Shown: in pieces, positions 26,593-35,520 of the stretch
How positions within the stretch are numbered: the first letter of the stretch is position 1
Layout: every line of letters starts with the position of its first letter
NCBI GenBank assembly: GCA_905215335.1
Contig: CAJMPQ010000001.1
Span: forward strand, 157,383-221,382
Source: an uncultured bacterium
GTDB taxonomy: Bacteria; Cyanobacteriota; Vampirovibrionia; Gastranaerophilales; Gastranaerophilaceae
Reading direction: 5' to 3'
Length of the DNA stretch: 64,000 nucleotides
Position numbers and translations under genes: made by a program
Notes under the pieces: generated by a model
Told to the model about the DNA's origin: nothing
What the model saw: the letters and a program-made list of their open reading frames with translations, nothing else
Databases searched by the model: none

Positions 26593-27849
26593 ATGGAACA
26601 AAATTTTATTGATATTGCTAAAAATGCAAAACAAGCTTCTTTAAAAATAGCTGAACTTGATACTAACTTAAAAAATCAAGCATTAATAAAAATTGCAGAT
26701 ACATTTGAAACTCATAAATCTGAAATTTTTGAGGCAAATAAAAAAGACTTAGATGAAGCTGAAAATTTAGTACAAACTGGCGAAATAACTAAAGCAACAT
26801 TTAATCGTTTAAAACTTGATGAAAACAAAATGCGAGATATGATTCAAGGTGTTAGGGACATTGCTAATCTAGAAGATCCTATCGGTAAAAAACTTTTTGT
26901 TAGAGAATTAGACGAAGGTTTGGTATTAAATAAAGTATCTTGTCCTATAGGTGTTTTAGGAATTATATTTGAAGCAAGACCAGATGTTATCTCACAAATT
27001 TCATCTTTAGCAATAAAATCATCTAATGCGGTTATTCTAAAAGGTGGTAAGGAATCTAAAAATACAAATAAAAAGATTTTAGAAATCATAAATTCTGCAT
27101 TAGATACTATTGAAGGATTTCCTAAAAATGTTATACAACAAGTATTTTCAAGAGATGATGTAGCAGAAATGCTAAAATGCGATCAATACATTAACTTAAT
27201 TATTCCTAGAGGTGGAAATAAATTAGTTAAATATATAAAAGAAAATACAAAAATACCAGTCCTAGGCCATGCAAATGGAATTTGCCATATATTTGTTGAT
27301 AAATCTGCAGATATTGATATGGCATCAAAAATAGTAATTGATGCAAAAACACAATATCCAAGTGCTTGTAATGCAGTTGAAACATTACTAATTCATAAAG
27401 ATTTTTCAAAAGCAGATGAACTTTTAGCTTCATTACAATTATCAGAAATAAAATTAGTTTCTAATCCTGAAGCTTGGGACATTGAATATGGAGACAAAAT
27501 CTTATCTTATAAATTTGTAAATGATATTGATGAAGCAATCGAACACATAAATACATACGGTTCTGGGCATACAGATTGTATCATTACAAAAGACGTACAA
27601 AATGCTGAAAAATTCATGAACAATGTTGATTCAGCTGGAGTATATTTAAATGCATCAACAAGATTTGCTGACGGCTTTAGATACGGTTTCGGTGCAGAAG
27701 TAGGAATTTCTACAAACAAAACACATGCCAGAGGTCCTGTTGGTTTAGAAGGATTAACAATATATAAATACAAATTATTAGGAAACGGTCATATAGTTGA
27801 CGATTATGCTAAAGGAATAAAACAATTTCATCACAAAGACTTAGCATAA
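26593..27849 (+). CDS. proA: Glutamate-5-semialdehyde dehydrogenase
   Basis: PIGVLGIIFEARPDV....LAIKSSNAVILKGGKES...CNAVETLLIH...GSGHTD.I.T...NASTRFADG..YGFGAE.GIST.K.HARGP. It lies 8 nt after proB. Confidence 0.93.
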   Translation: MEQNFIDIAKNAKQASLKIAELDTNLKNQALIKIADTFETHKSEIFEANKKDLDEAENLVQTGEITKATFNRLKLDENKMRDMIQGVRDIANLEDPIGKKLFVRELDEGLVLNKVSCPIGVLGIIFEARPDVISQISSLAIKSSNAVILKGGKESKNTNKKILEIINSALDTIEGFPKNVIQQVFSRDDVAEMLKCDQYINLIIPRGGNKLVKYIKENTKIPVLGHANGICHIFVDKSADIDMASKIVIDAKTQYPSACNAVETLLIHKDFSKADELLASLQLSEIKLVSNPEAWDIEYGDKILSYKFVNDIDEAIEHINTYGSGHTDCIITKDVQNAEKFMNNVDSAGVYLNASTRFADGFRYGFGAEVGISTNKTHARGPVGLEGLTIYKYKLLGNGHIVDDYAKGIKQFHHKDLA

Positions 27850-27853
27850 TACA

Positions 27854-28537
27854 TTATGCTCGCCAAGTTTCTTCCGGTAGTAAATATCTAAGCTTGATAA
27901 TCGTATAATCATTATCCGCATCTTTAACTTTTTGCGTGCCAAGACACTCAAATTTTGAAGAACGTGGGAATACTATTTCGTCATTTGAACCAATTTGGCC
28001 GACTCTAGAAACCCTTGCACCTTCAGGTATTTCAATTTCATACCTGATGCCTCTATTATTTGGCAGATATACAGATGCGTAACCTTTATCAGATGTGGCA
28101 TAAGCATATTCACGCATTATAATAACATCGCCCTTTTTGACATCTAAAGCTTTTTTATATTGTTTATATTCTGAAAAGAACTCCGGTTTTTCACCTATAC
28201 ATCTATATGTATACATCTTTTCAGCAGTAGGCTTTAAAGATTTAAACTGCCAATCCGTTTCCCTTATCATCTCGCGAACTGTCAAGTTTGAATTTATCGC
28301 CGGCATATCTAAATGCTTTGGATTTACTGGATGTATAAAATGATGGTTTATACCATTTAATAAGCCATGAGTATCAACAGATGTTCTTGAAGTGTTTCTA
28401 ACAACTCTATCCGCAACTGCTTCTGCCCAATATTCCTGACAAAACATTGTTTTTTCAAAATGTTTTGCGCTTTTAGTTACTTGTTTAGTATTCGCAGGGT
28501 TTAGTACCTGCTTAACTATTTTTGGCAAAATTTTCAT
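27854..28537 (-). CDS. ADP-ribosyltransferase-like protein (R-S-E clade, C3/Vip2-like catalytic pattern)
   Basis: 227 aa, monocistronic. Arg in TY-R112-CIG, STS-like YAY-A147-T-S149-D, an ARTT-like segment RYEIEIPEGARVSRV, then N185-D-E187-IVFPRSSKFE where Q/ExE normally sits. AGGGGA SD. Confidence 0.5.
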   Translation of the reverse strand: MKILPKIVKQVLNPANTKQVTKSAKHFEKTMFCQEYWAEAVADRVVRNTSRTSVDTHGLLNGINHHFIHPVNPKHLDMPAINSNLTVREMIRETDWQFKSLKPTAEKMYTYRCIGEKPEFFSEYKQYKKALDVKKGDVIIMREYAYATSDKGYASVYLPNNRGIRYEIEIPEGARVSRVGQIGSNDEIVFPRSSKFECLGTQKVKDADNDYTIIKLRYLLPEETWRA

Positions 28538-28616
28538 ATTTATCCCCTAACATCTATATAAACAATTTTTAAAAAGAAAAATTGCCCTCAAATTTATTAA
28601 ATTTCAAAATATAAAT

Positions 28617-28651
28617 AAAAAGGCTTTTGGTATAAATCCGAAAGCCTTTTT
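28617..28651. terminator. Bidirectional hairpin terminator downstream of the NifX-like gene
   Basis: AAAAAGGCTTTTGG-tataaat-CCGAAAGCCTTTTT (one G-U pair) with flanking A and T runs. Confidence 0.7.
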
Positions 28652-28686
28652 ATAATCTTACATATTAAAATATTTATTTTACGAAA

Positions 28687-29085
28687 TTAGTGATGACATT
28701 TACCACAGCCATGAGAACCGCAAGTATGAGCACCTTCCCCGTGCACATGATCATGATGAGAACAACTTACATTTGGATTATATGATAATGCTCCAGCCAA
28801 TAATGCATTAACTGCCTCATCAGCATTACCTGAAACCCCGCCAAACAACTTAATATTATTTTCGGCCAAGGCATTTTGAGCACCACCACCAATACCACCA
28901 CAAATAAGTGTATCTACATTATGATTAACTAAGAATTGAACAATCGCACCATGTCCAGCGCCTTCTGTTGCTACAACTTCAGAATTAACAATTTTATTAT
29001 CTTCTACTTCATAAATTTTAAATTGTTCACTATGTCCAAAATGTTGAAAAATTTCATTATTATCATAAGTAACTGCTATTTTCAT
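28687..29085 (-). CDS. NifB/NifX-family (dinitrogenase FeMo-cofactor-binding domain) protein with a His/Cys-rich C-terminal tail
   Basis: MKIAVTYDNNEIFQHFGHSEQFKIYEV...HGAIVQFLVNHNVDTLICGGIGGGAQNAL matches the NifX/NifB-C family. The tail is CSHHDHVHGEGAHTCGSHGCGKCHH. The start at ATG 29085 has GGAGG 5 nt upstream; ATG 29088 is the alternative. Confidence 0.75.
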   Translation of the reverse strand: MKIAVTYDNNEIFQHFGHSEQFKIYEVEDNKIVNSEVVATEGAGHGAIVQFLVNHNVDTLICGGIGGGAQNALAENNIKLFGGVSGNADEAVNALLAGALSYNPNVSCSHHDHVHGEGAHTCGSHGCGKCHH

Positions 29086-29098
29086 CATTTCCTCCTTT

Positions 29099-29377
29099 TT
29101 AAACTTGAGATAACTTCTTTTGTTTGTATTCAATCAAACATTTTGCAAGCTGATCAGGACAACTTGTTGGTTTTGGTCCACAAGTAATACCTTGCAAACG
29201 TTCAATAACCTCGTCAATATCCATTCCTTTTATAAGACTTTTAATGCCCTTCAAATTTCCATTACAACCGCCAAAAAATTCAGCATCTAATATTTTATTA
29301 TCTTTAATTGCAACTTGCATCATCTGACAACAAGTACCACTTGTTTGATATTGTATAACTTCTGCTTGCTCTGACAT
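29099..29377 (-). CDS. TSCPD-domain protein (TIGR03905-like four-Cys protein)
   Basis: 92 aa. GTCCQMMQVAIKDNKILDAEFFGGCNGNLKGI...GITCGPKPTSCPDQLAKCL contains the TSCPD motif. Confidence 0.75.
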   Translation of the reverse strand: MSEQAEVIQYQTSGTCCQMMQVAIKDNKILDAEFFGGCNGNLKGIKSLIKGMDIDEVIERLQGITCGPKPTSCPDQLAKCLIEYKQKKLSQV

Positions 29378-29568
29378 TATATTATCCTTTCTTATTAAAT
29401 TCTATTCTACAACTATACAATAGCTTAGCATACATTATATTTATCATAATATTTATTAACTATTTCTTAACTTTCTTAAAATGATACAGAATCTTAATAT
29501 TTTATCCTTGAACTATCAAAAAATGTTTTTATATGTTTTAGAACGAACATGTATTATGGGGAAATCTA

Positions 29569-32500
29569 ATGAGAATATTTAATATAAATATATTTAATCC
29601 TAATTTTAAAGGACAAAGACAAGATAGAAAATCAGTTGCTCAATTAAAACAAGAAAATGCTTATGATTTGAATGTTCCAAATCAAAGAAAAATTAATGAA
29701 GCCATAAATAGATTGGCTACAGTTCCAGGTGAAGATAATGCTAAGTTTTTAATGGATGTAGCAGAGAACTTACAATATGGTACTAATATAGATTTAGAAG
29801 GGAAAAAATCTTATAATGACTGGCAAACTAAATTACGTAACGCAACTGAAAACTCATTAGCACTATCTGATAAATCTGTTCAAGAAAAATTAAGTGAAAA
29901 CTTCAATACTACATTCTCAACACAAAAACCTCTAACAAATACAGAAAAGGAAATTCTTGCTCAACGCAAGTCATTACTCGAAAAAGTAAATCCTGAAGAT
30001 CTTGAAAATATCAAAAACCCAAATATCAAAAATCTTAAAAGAAACTTAGATTATTTAATTGTTTCATCAGAAGTTCCAACATCTCAAAAACTATATATTC
30101 TTAAACGATTAAACTATTTTATGAGTCCGGAATATAAAATAAATGAACAATTAAAAGATAAAAAAACTCAAGCTTTAGCAGAAATGGTTAATGACTTAGT
30201 AGTTAATACACCAGAATCAAAAATCCCAAACATTAAAGCTATTAACCAAAGAGGGCATGGTATTTGTGCAGCTATTTCTATTTGTAGAAAAGCTTTAGCA
30301 TATGAAGATAAACCAAATTATGTTGATATGATTTTATCTGAACTTGATAATAGTAATGAACTTCAAGTTTATGATATTTCAAAATTAGGTTCACATACAA
30401 AAATTCCTATTGACAAAATATATATAGATTTTGATTACGCACTATCTAAAGGATATAGAATTGTAGATACATCAGCAATGTATTGGATGAATGTTGCAGA
30501 TACTGCAGGCCCTAAAAATAATCCTATAGGTTCATATAGTCCTTTTGACAAAAGCAATTTCGATACATTCAATGATGCTCATATAATTAAAGATATTAGT
30601 AATGAATTAGTAAATCAACATGATTATTTCAGAAGCCTTGTAAAAGCTAAAGAAGCATTAGTTAGAGCTAAAAAATCTAAACTAAAAGACTCTATATCAC
30701 CTAAAAACAATAAAGACTTAGCTGAAAATAATCTAGAATTGATTCAAGCTTATAGAAAAGATTTAGTGAATATATTAAAATCAATTTCACCAAATTTATC
30801 AAACAATACAGCTTACGAAATTCTTAGAGATTTGGAAAATCTTGAAGTTCCAACATCTCAAAAACTTAATGAAATTAAGGATTATAAAAAAGACTTTTCA
30901 TACTTACCAAATGAAACAACTAATAGTAAACTTGAAAAAATAAAAGCATTTTTAAGCATTAGTTTACCTAAAGGTACTGATTCTGATAAAATTCAATCTA
31001 TTGCACCTGATGTAATAGATATTACAGATAAAATAAAAGAATACCAACCTGAAGATAAATCATCTATAGCTGCACGAAATATAAACAGAGCAAAATTACT
31101 ATATAATGCTGCTGCAGCTTATAGAACTCAACAAGTTTTCCAATTAGATATTCCAGAAAGACGACTTGATATGATGGAAAGTTTAAATATTTCCGACGAC
31201 GAAACTCGTATTCTGGAAAACATGGATAAATTAATTAAAAAATTAAATAAAAATGAAATAAACCCTGAACTAAGAAGCCGCTTAGCTAAAAACTTTGAGT
31301 CATCAGAAGACAATTTAGAATTAGCCGAAAAATTAAAAAATAACCGAGATACAGTTGAATACATATTAACTGATATAATGGATGATTTATATAAAACTTG
31401 TTTATCAGTAAGTAGAAAAAATGTATTGCTAAATGAATTAAAAGGCTTGCAAGAAGCAATGCTAACTAATCCTGAAGAAGAAACTATAATAGAGTTGGCT
31501 TCAAGATTACAAGTAAAAGAAAATCCAAAAATAATAGCTGAAGAATTACAACACGATATAGAAAGTCTTGAAGCTGAAGACTGTACAAATGAAAAATATA
31601 TCAAACTTTATAATAAATACGGACACAAATCTCAGCTAATAGATTTTAAAAATACAATTGAACGACTCGCAAGTATCATATTTGATGAAAAGAATCAAAC
31701 TATAATAAGAGGTTTTAATGCAATAAATGGTGCCAACCCTGATGCGCCAATGGAAGTTACTACTGAAATATTTAATACAATTGCTCAAAATTTCAATAAT
31801 ATTTCAGGGCTAATCAATGGTTATCAGCAAGCACTAAAAATCATTGATGATAATAATAATATCTTAAACACTACAGATTCTAAAGAAATCATTCTAAAAA
31901 AATTAGAAAACATGGGTGAAATCCCTACAGTAAAAGAACTAAAAACATTACAAGACCATTTTACAAGAATTGATCAAGCTAAAGCAAATAATGAAAATCT
32001 AAAATTAAAAGATTTACCTACTGAATTAACAAGCTTGTCAAAATTTGAAAAAGAAATTCTAAAAAAATATGAATACAACATTAATAGCTGGTATTCAATG
32101 ACAACAAGACGCTTAGACGCTCAATATAAAGAAATTAAAGAACCGCTAAATGAATTAAATAGAGAAATCGGTGTTCAAACAGGAAACAGATGGGTTAGCT
32201 CTGAAGGTCATAGCGGACTTAACTCTCGTCAACAAGTTAAAATTATCGAACACATGACTGACCGTCCATACTATATTGAATATGACGGGAAATTAGCTCT
32301 AAATAAAATTAAAGAATCACCATATTCAGGTATATCCTCAACATCAGTACTTCATACTGAACCAGCTTGGCACGCACAATATATCGTTGATGTAAAACCA
32401 ATAACAATAAATAACAATGGACAAAAAGAAGTAAAAGATACTATAGTTCATGATAACACTTGGGGCGCTGCGGAACACGAAAATACTTGGATTGATGAAA

Positions 32501-35475
32501 ATGGCTTAACTAGAACCGATTATTCAAATGATTATGGCGGTGAGTTAGGATATATTACAGATGAAAATTATAGAAACGGTAAAATCGCAGATAATTTATT
32601 TAATAAAGTTGGAGTTATTCATTCAAAAAACATAGACTCAAAATTATATAAAAAATTGAATAAAGGTGACGATAACGGAATAAAATTCCCACTATTCTCA
32701 GATATAATCCTACCTGGAGAATATCCAAATTCTATGCAATATATTCAACAAATTAGAGACAACACTCTAATATCACCAATAGCATATCTAGACGATTTAG
32801 AAAAATATGCACACTCAATGACTAAGGCTCAAATTCTAAATAGTATAAAAAAAGTTGAAGAAGCCGGCAAATTGACCAATGAAATTTATGAAAACTATAT
32901 AAAACGAATCGAAGGGAAAGAACCATTTAACAATGGAATAAAAACTCTTGAAGATTATAATAAACTTTCAGATAACGATGATTTAAAAATCTTACTTGAA
33001 AAAATAGCTCTTATAAAATCATATCCATCTATGCCTGATATAAAAAGTTTCTATCAAAAAAATCAGGCTAAAGATATCGTAAATATGAAACAGAAAATTC
33101 GTAAAGAAGCTCGTAAAAACTTCGATTACGCATTTAGTAAAAGTCCTGAAATTACTGAATATGGAACGGAAAGCTCTAGAAAAGAACTAAATGAAATTCT
33201 TGATAAGTTCTTAAAAACAAATAATATCTCTATAGCAAATAATAAAATTAATATAATTATCAATTCATTAAAACATATTGATAATACTCAATTTGATGGC
33301 AACTTAGAACACACAATTGATTTAATGTCAAAATCCTTTGAAAGTTCTATGTTGAAAAACACTCCGGATTTTGAAAATAAACAAGAAAAAATTCAAATTT
33401 TAGCTAACAGTATAAAAAATATTTTGCAAACAAATATGGGATTCACGTTAGCTGACTTGGACACTTCTTCATTCTCAGCAGGGAAAATGAAAAGTATTGT
33501 CGATTGGATTGATAATACTTTTGATCCTGCAACAGATGAAGAATTTGTCCAAGTTTTTAATAAATTACAAAACATGACAACTAAAGAATTCAAAGAAAAT
33601 TTTGATTCTAAAATATCAGATAAAGACCTAGGTATAAAACCGATTACAGGCTATGATGTTCTTGTTCAAATAAATTCAGAAAATGAAAAAACACATAATT
33701 CATTATTCAACATAATTTATCAACAAGAATGTTCTAAAAACATGCAACTAAGTAAAACAATTCCTTCGTATGATTACAAGAAATTTGAACGTAAATTACA
33801 CGGTGCAAGATATGTCAAAGGTCAAAGATCTTTTGATGATATTTACATGGATTATTACTACTCATTATTATCTTTAACTCTAGATAAAAGATATAATAAA
33901 ATTAGACAACAAGTCTTTGATAAGTACGGTATGTTTCCTGCTTATCCAAAAATAGACTACGAATCAGAAGAAGATATTGAAGAAATCACAAATAAATTAT
34001 ACAGTGATATCTCAAATGGTGTAGGAACCATAAATGCTTATAAAAAACAAATCAAATCATTTGAGATTATGCAAAAATTAAGCAATAATCTAAATAAATT
34101 GCCTGCAAATCATGAATTAACAAATAAACAAATGGCTTATGTAAGCAAAAAATTAAATGAATTTTCAAACATAAATAAAGATGACGAAACTATTTTATAC
34201 ATATTGGAAAAAATTCAAAACACATTAGCTACTAGCAAAACTGCAGGAGATTTCAAAAATCTAGTTGACTTTATGTGGCACGAACTGAAAATGTATGAAA
34301 AAACCGCAGATGGCAGACCTCTTGCTGATGCGGTAGAATCTCAATTGAATTTCATTAATGAAAATAAAAAAGATTTCATTAGAAATGCAATTGACCCTAA
34401 ATATCATAAACAAGCTTTTGAAATTTTAAATAAATGGATTACAGCAAAAGCAAAAGAAGATTATGCAATGGATATCGAAGGAGATACTATTCCTCAATCT
34501 GACATAATATTTGCACAATTTAAAGATCTATATGAAAAACATAGATTTACAAAAACTCCGGAAAAAATACTAAATGAATTTTTACTATTAAACGCAAAAG
34601 ATTCAAGACCAATTGATGCAAATCTTTCTGGAGAAAAAGCAATAAACACAGTAAAAGAATTACAAACCATGAGAACTACTTATAAAATAAATTTAGCAGG
34701 ATTATTATATAATGCTAATTTATTAGACATTCAATATATTCTTATGGATTGTGCTAAACAAGGAAACTTAAATGTTGTTAAAGAAAACTTTAAAAAATCT
34801 ACATTGAAGTTAAAAAATGGTAATACAATTCCATTAGATTCTGATATAGGATTAAGTATTATCCTATCACCACTAATTACCGAAGTTGATTTAGCAACCG
34901 CCTTAATGTTTATTGACCAATTTGATTTATCAGAAAAAGTAATGGGTATTCTAACTAAAGATACTTCATTTGAAAAGGAATACAAAAATCTAAAACGAAT
35001 TGCAAGTATTAAAAAGAGTATCTATCAACAACAGATTTTCATAGATAAAGCTATAAAATCTTTGGGTAATATCGACAATAATCCTAATTATATAAATGAT
35101 ATAAATAGAGTTAAAGAAGATATTGCAAGAAGAATTAAAAATAGTAACTATAGACTAACTTCAGAAATCTATGCAAAAGCAATAGAAAATGCATTGACTG
35201 AAATGGAAAATAGACCGGATTGTTCAAAAACCGCATTGCTAATCAGTAATATAGAAACCGCACATGCAGCAGCAAAATATGTTGCAGATAACCATTTTGA
35301 AAAATTAAATACAATCTTATATAAAGTACAAAATACATTCAAAATAGTTAATGCAATAGAAGTTCCTGCAAACTCAAAAGCTCAAGAACAAAAAAATAAA
35401 TACATAGAAGGTTTTTATAAACTTCAAAATTATAAAGAAGATTTAGATGAAGCTTTAGTTAAATATCAAAAATAG
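29569..35475 (+). CDS. Giant hypothetical protein (1968 aa) with the N-terminal leader-like motif and papain/PepC-like Cys, His and Asn motifs
   Basis: Single uninterrupted 5.9-kb ORF with ATG start, GGGGA SD and a terminator hairpin overlapping its stop. Motifs: NQRGHGIC(233)AAISICRK, PAWH(935)AQYIVDV, VHDN(963)TWG. The rest is predicted helical and K/N/E-rich. Confidence 0.85.
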   Translation: MRIFNINIFNPNFKGQRQDRKSVAQLKQENAYDLNVPNQRKINEAINRLATVPGEDNAKFLMDVAENLQYGTNIDLEGKKSYNDWQTKLRNATENSLALSDKSVQEKLSENFNTTFSTQKPLTNTEKEILAQRKSLLEKVNPEDLENIKNPNIKNLKRNLDYLIVSSEVPTSQKLYILKRLNYFMSPEYKINEQLKDKKTQALAEMVNDLVVNTPESKIPNIKAINQRGHGICAAISICRKALAYEDKPNYVDMILSELDNSNELQVYDISKLGSHTKIPIDKIYIDFDYALSKGYRIVDTSAMYWMNVADTAGPKNNPIGSYSPFDKSNFDTFNDAHIIKDISNELVNQHDYFRSLVKAKEALVRAKKSKLKDSISPKNNKDLAENNLELIQAYRKDLVNILKSISPNLSNNTAYEILRDLENLEVPTSQKLNEIKDYKKDFSYLPNETTNSKLEKIKAFLSISLPKGTDSDKIQSIAPDVIDITDKIKEYQPEDKSSIAARNINRAKLLYNAAAAYRTQQVFQLDIPERRLDMMESLNISDDETRILENMDKLIKKLNKNEINPELRSRLAKNFESSEDNLELAEKLKNNRDTVEYILTDIMDDLYKTCLSVSRKNVLLNELKGLQEAMLTNPEEETIIELASRLQVKENPKIIAEELQHDIESLEAEDCTNEKYIKLYNKYGHKSQLIDFKNTIERLASIIFDEKNQTIIRGFNAINGANPDAPMEVTTEIFNTIAQNFNNISGLINGYQQALKIIDDNNNILNTTDSKEIILKKLENMGEIPTVKELKTLQDHFTRIDQAKANNENLKLKDLPTELTSLSKFEKEILKKYEYNINSWYSMTTRRLDAQYKEIKEPLNELNREIGVQTGNRWVSSEGHSGLNSRQQVKIIEHMTDRPYYIEYDGKLALNKIKESPYSGISSTSVLHTEPAWHAQYIVDVKPITINNNGQKEVKDTIVHDNTWGAAEHENTWIDENGLTRTDYSNDYGGELGYITDENYRNGKIADNLFNKVGVIHSKNIDSKLYKKLNKGDDNGIKFPLFSDIILPGEYPNSMQYIQQIRDNTLISPIAYLDDLEKYAHSMTKAQILNSIKKVEEAGKLTNEIYENYIKRIEGKEPFNNGIKTLEDYNKLSDNDDLKILLEKIALIKSYPSMPDIKSFYQKNQAKDIVNMKQKIRKEARKNFDYAFSKSPEITEYGTESSRKELNEILDKFLKTNNISIANNKINIIINSLKHIDNTQFDGNLEHTIDLMSKSFESSMLKNTPDFENKQEKIQILANSIKNILQTNMGFTLADLDTSSFSAGKMKSIVDWIDNTFDPATDEEFVQVFNKLQNMTTKEFKENFDSKISDKDLGIKPITGYDVLVQINSENEKTHNSLFNIIYQQECSKNMQLSKTIPSYDYKKFERKLHGARYVKGQRSFDDIYMDYYYSLLSLTLDKRYNKIRQQVFDKYGMFPAYPKIDYESEEDIEEITNKLYSDISNGVGTINAYKKQIKSFEIMQKLSNNLNKLPANHELTNKQMAYVSKKLNEFSNINKDDETILYILEKIQNTLATSKTAGDFKNLVDFMWHELKMYEKTADGRPLADAVESQLNFINENKKDFIRNAIDPKYHKQAFEILNKWITAKAKEDYAMDIEGDTIPQSDIIFAQFKDLYEKHRFTKTPEKILNEFLLLNAKDSRPIDANLSGEKAINTVKELQTMRTTYKINLAGLLYNANLLDIQYILMDCAKQGNLNVVKENFKKSTLKLKNGNTIPLDSDIGLSIILSPLITEVDLATALMFIDQFDLSEKVMGILTKDTSFEKEYKNLKRIASIKKSIYQQQIFIDKAIKSLGNIDNNPNYINDINRVKEDIARRIKNSNYRLTSEIYAKAIENALTEMENRPDCSKTALLISNIETAHAAAKYVADNHFEKLNTILYKVQNTFKIVNAIEVPANSKAQEQKNKYIEGFYKLQNYKEDLDEALVKYQK
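30070..30092 (+). repeat. Copy 1 of an exact 23-nt direct repeat inside the giant gene
   Basis: GAAGTTCCAACATCTCAAAAACT, encoding EVPTSQKL. An identical copy lies at 30844-30866. Confidence 0.9.
30844..30866 (+). repeat. Copy 2 of the exact 23-nt direct repeat inside the giant gene
   Basis: GAAGTTCCAACATCTCAAAAACT, in the same reading frame as copy 1, 774 nt downstream. Confidence 0.9.
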
Positions 35476-35503
35476 GTAAGTTGTAAAACTTACCTATTTT
35501 TTA
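35468..35503. terminator. Bidirectional terminator between the giant gene and ftsZ
   Basis: AATAGGTAAG-ttgtaaaa-CTTACCTATT flanked by AAAA and TTTT. The TAG stop of the giant gene lies in the 5' arm. Confidence 0.75.
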
Positions 35504-35520
35504 CAATATATTATCTAATC

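Noticed and set aside
31128-31604. 158-aa antisense ORF inside the giant gene, and similar shadow ORFs (210-416, 7215-7400, 8402-8689, 9458-9784, 10310-10540, 13295-13519, 13482-13688, 14157-14345, 14441-14626, 14730-14939, 16241-16432, 17178-17414, 21135-21323, 23597-24047, 24356-24604, 25435-25623, 25596-26214, 26844-27773, 28137-28343, 28936-29187, 33393-33593, 34731-34985, 36338-36640, 39964-40179, 44303-44500, 45775-45966, 46190-46405, 49658-49894, 50495-50731, 56530-57075, 61509-61703, 62620-62814, 63273-63530)
   Set aside because: All are embedded in, or antisense to, longer ORFs with clear family signatures or better coding context. Their translations are Ser/Phe/Leu/Ile-rich, as expected from reading A/T-rich genes on the opposite strand or out of frame. 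None has a convincing SD.
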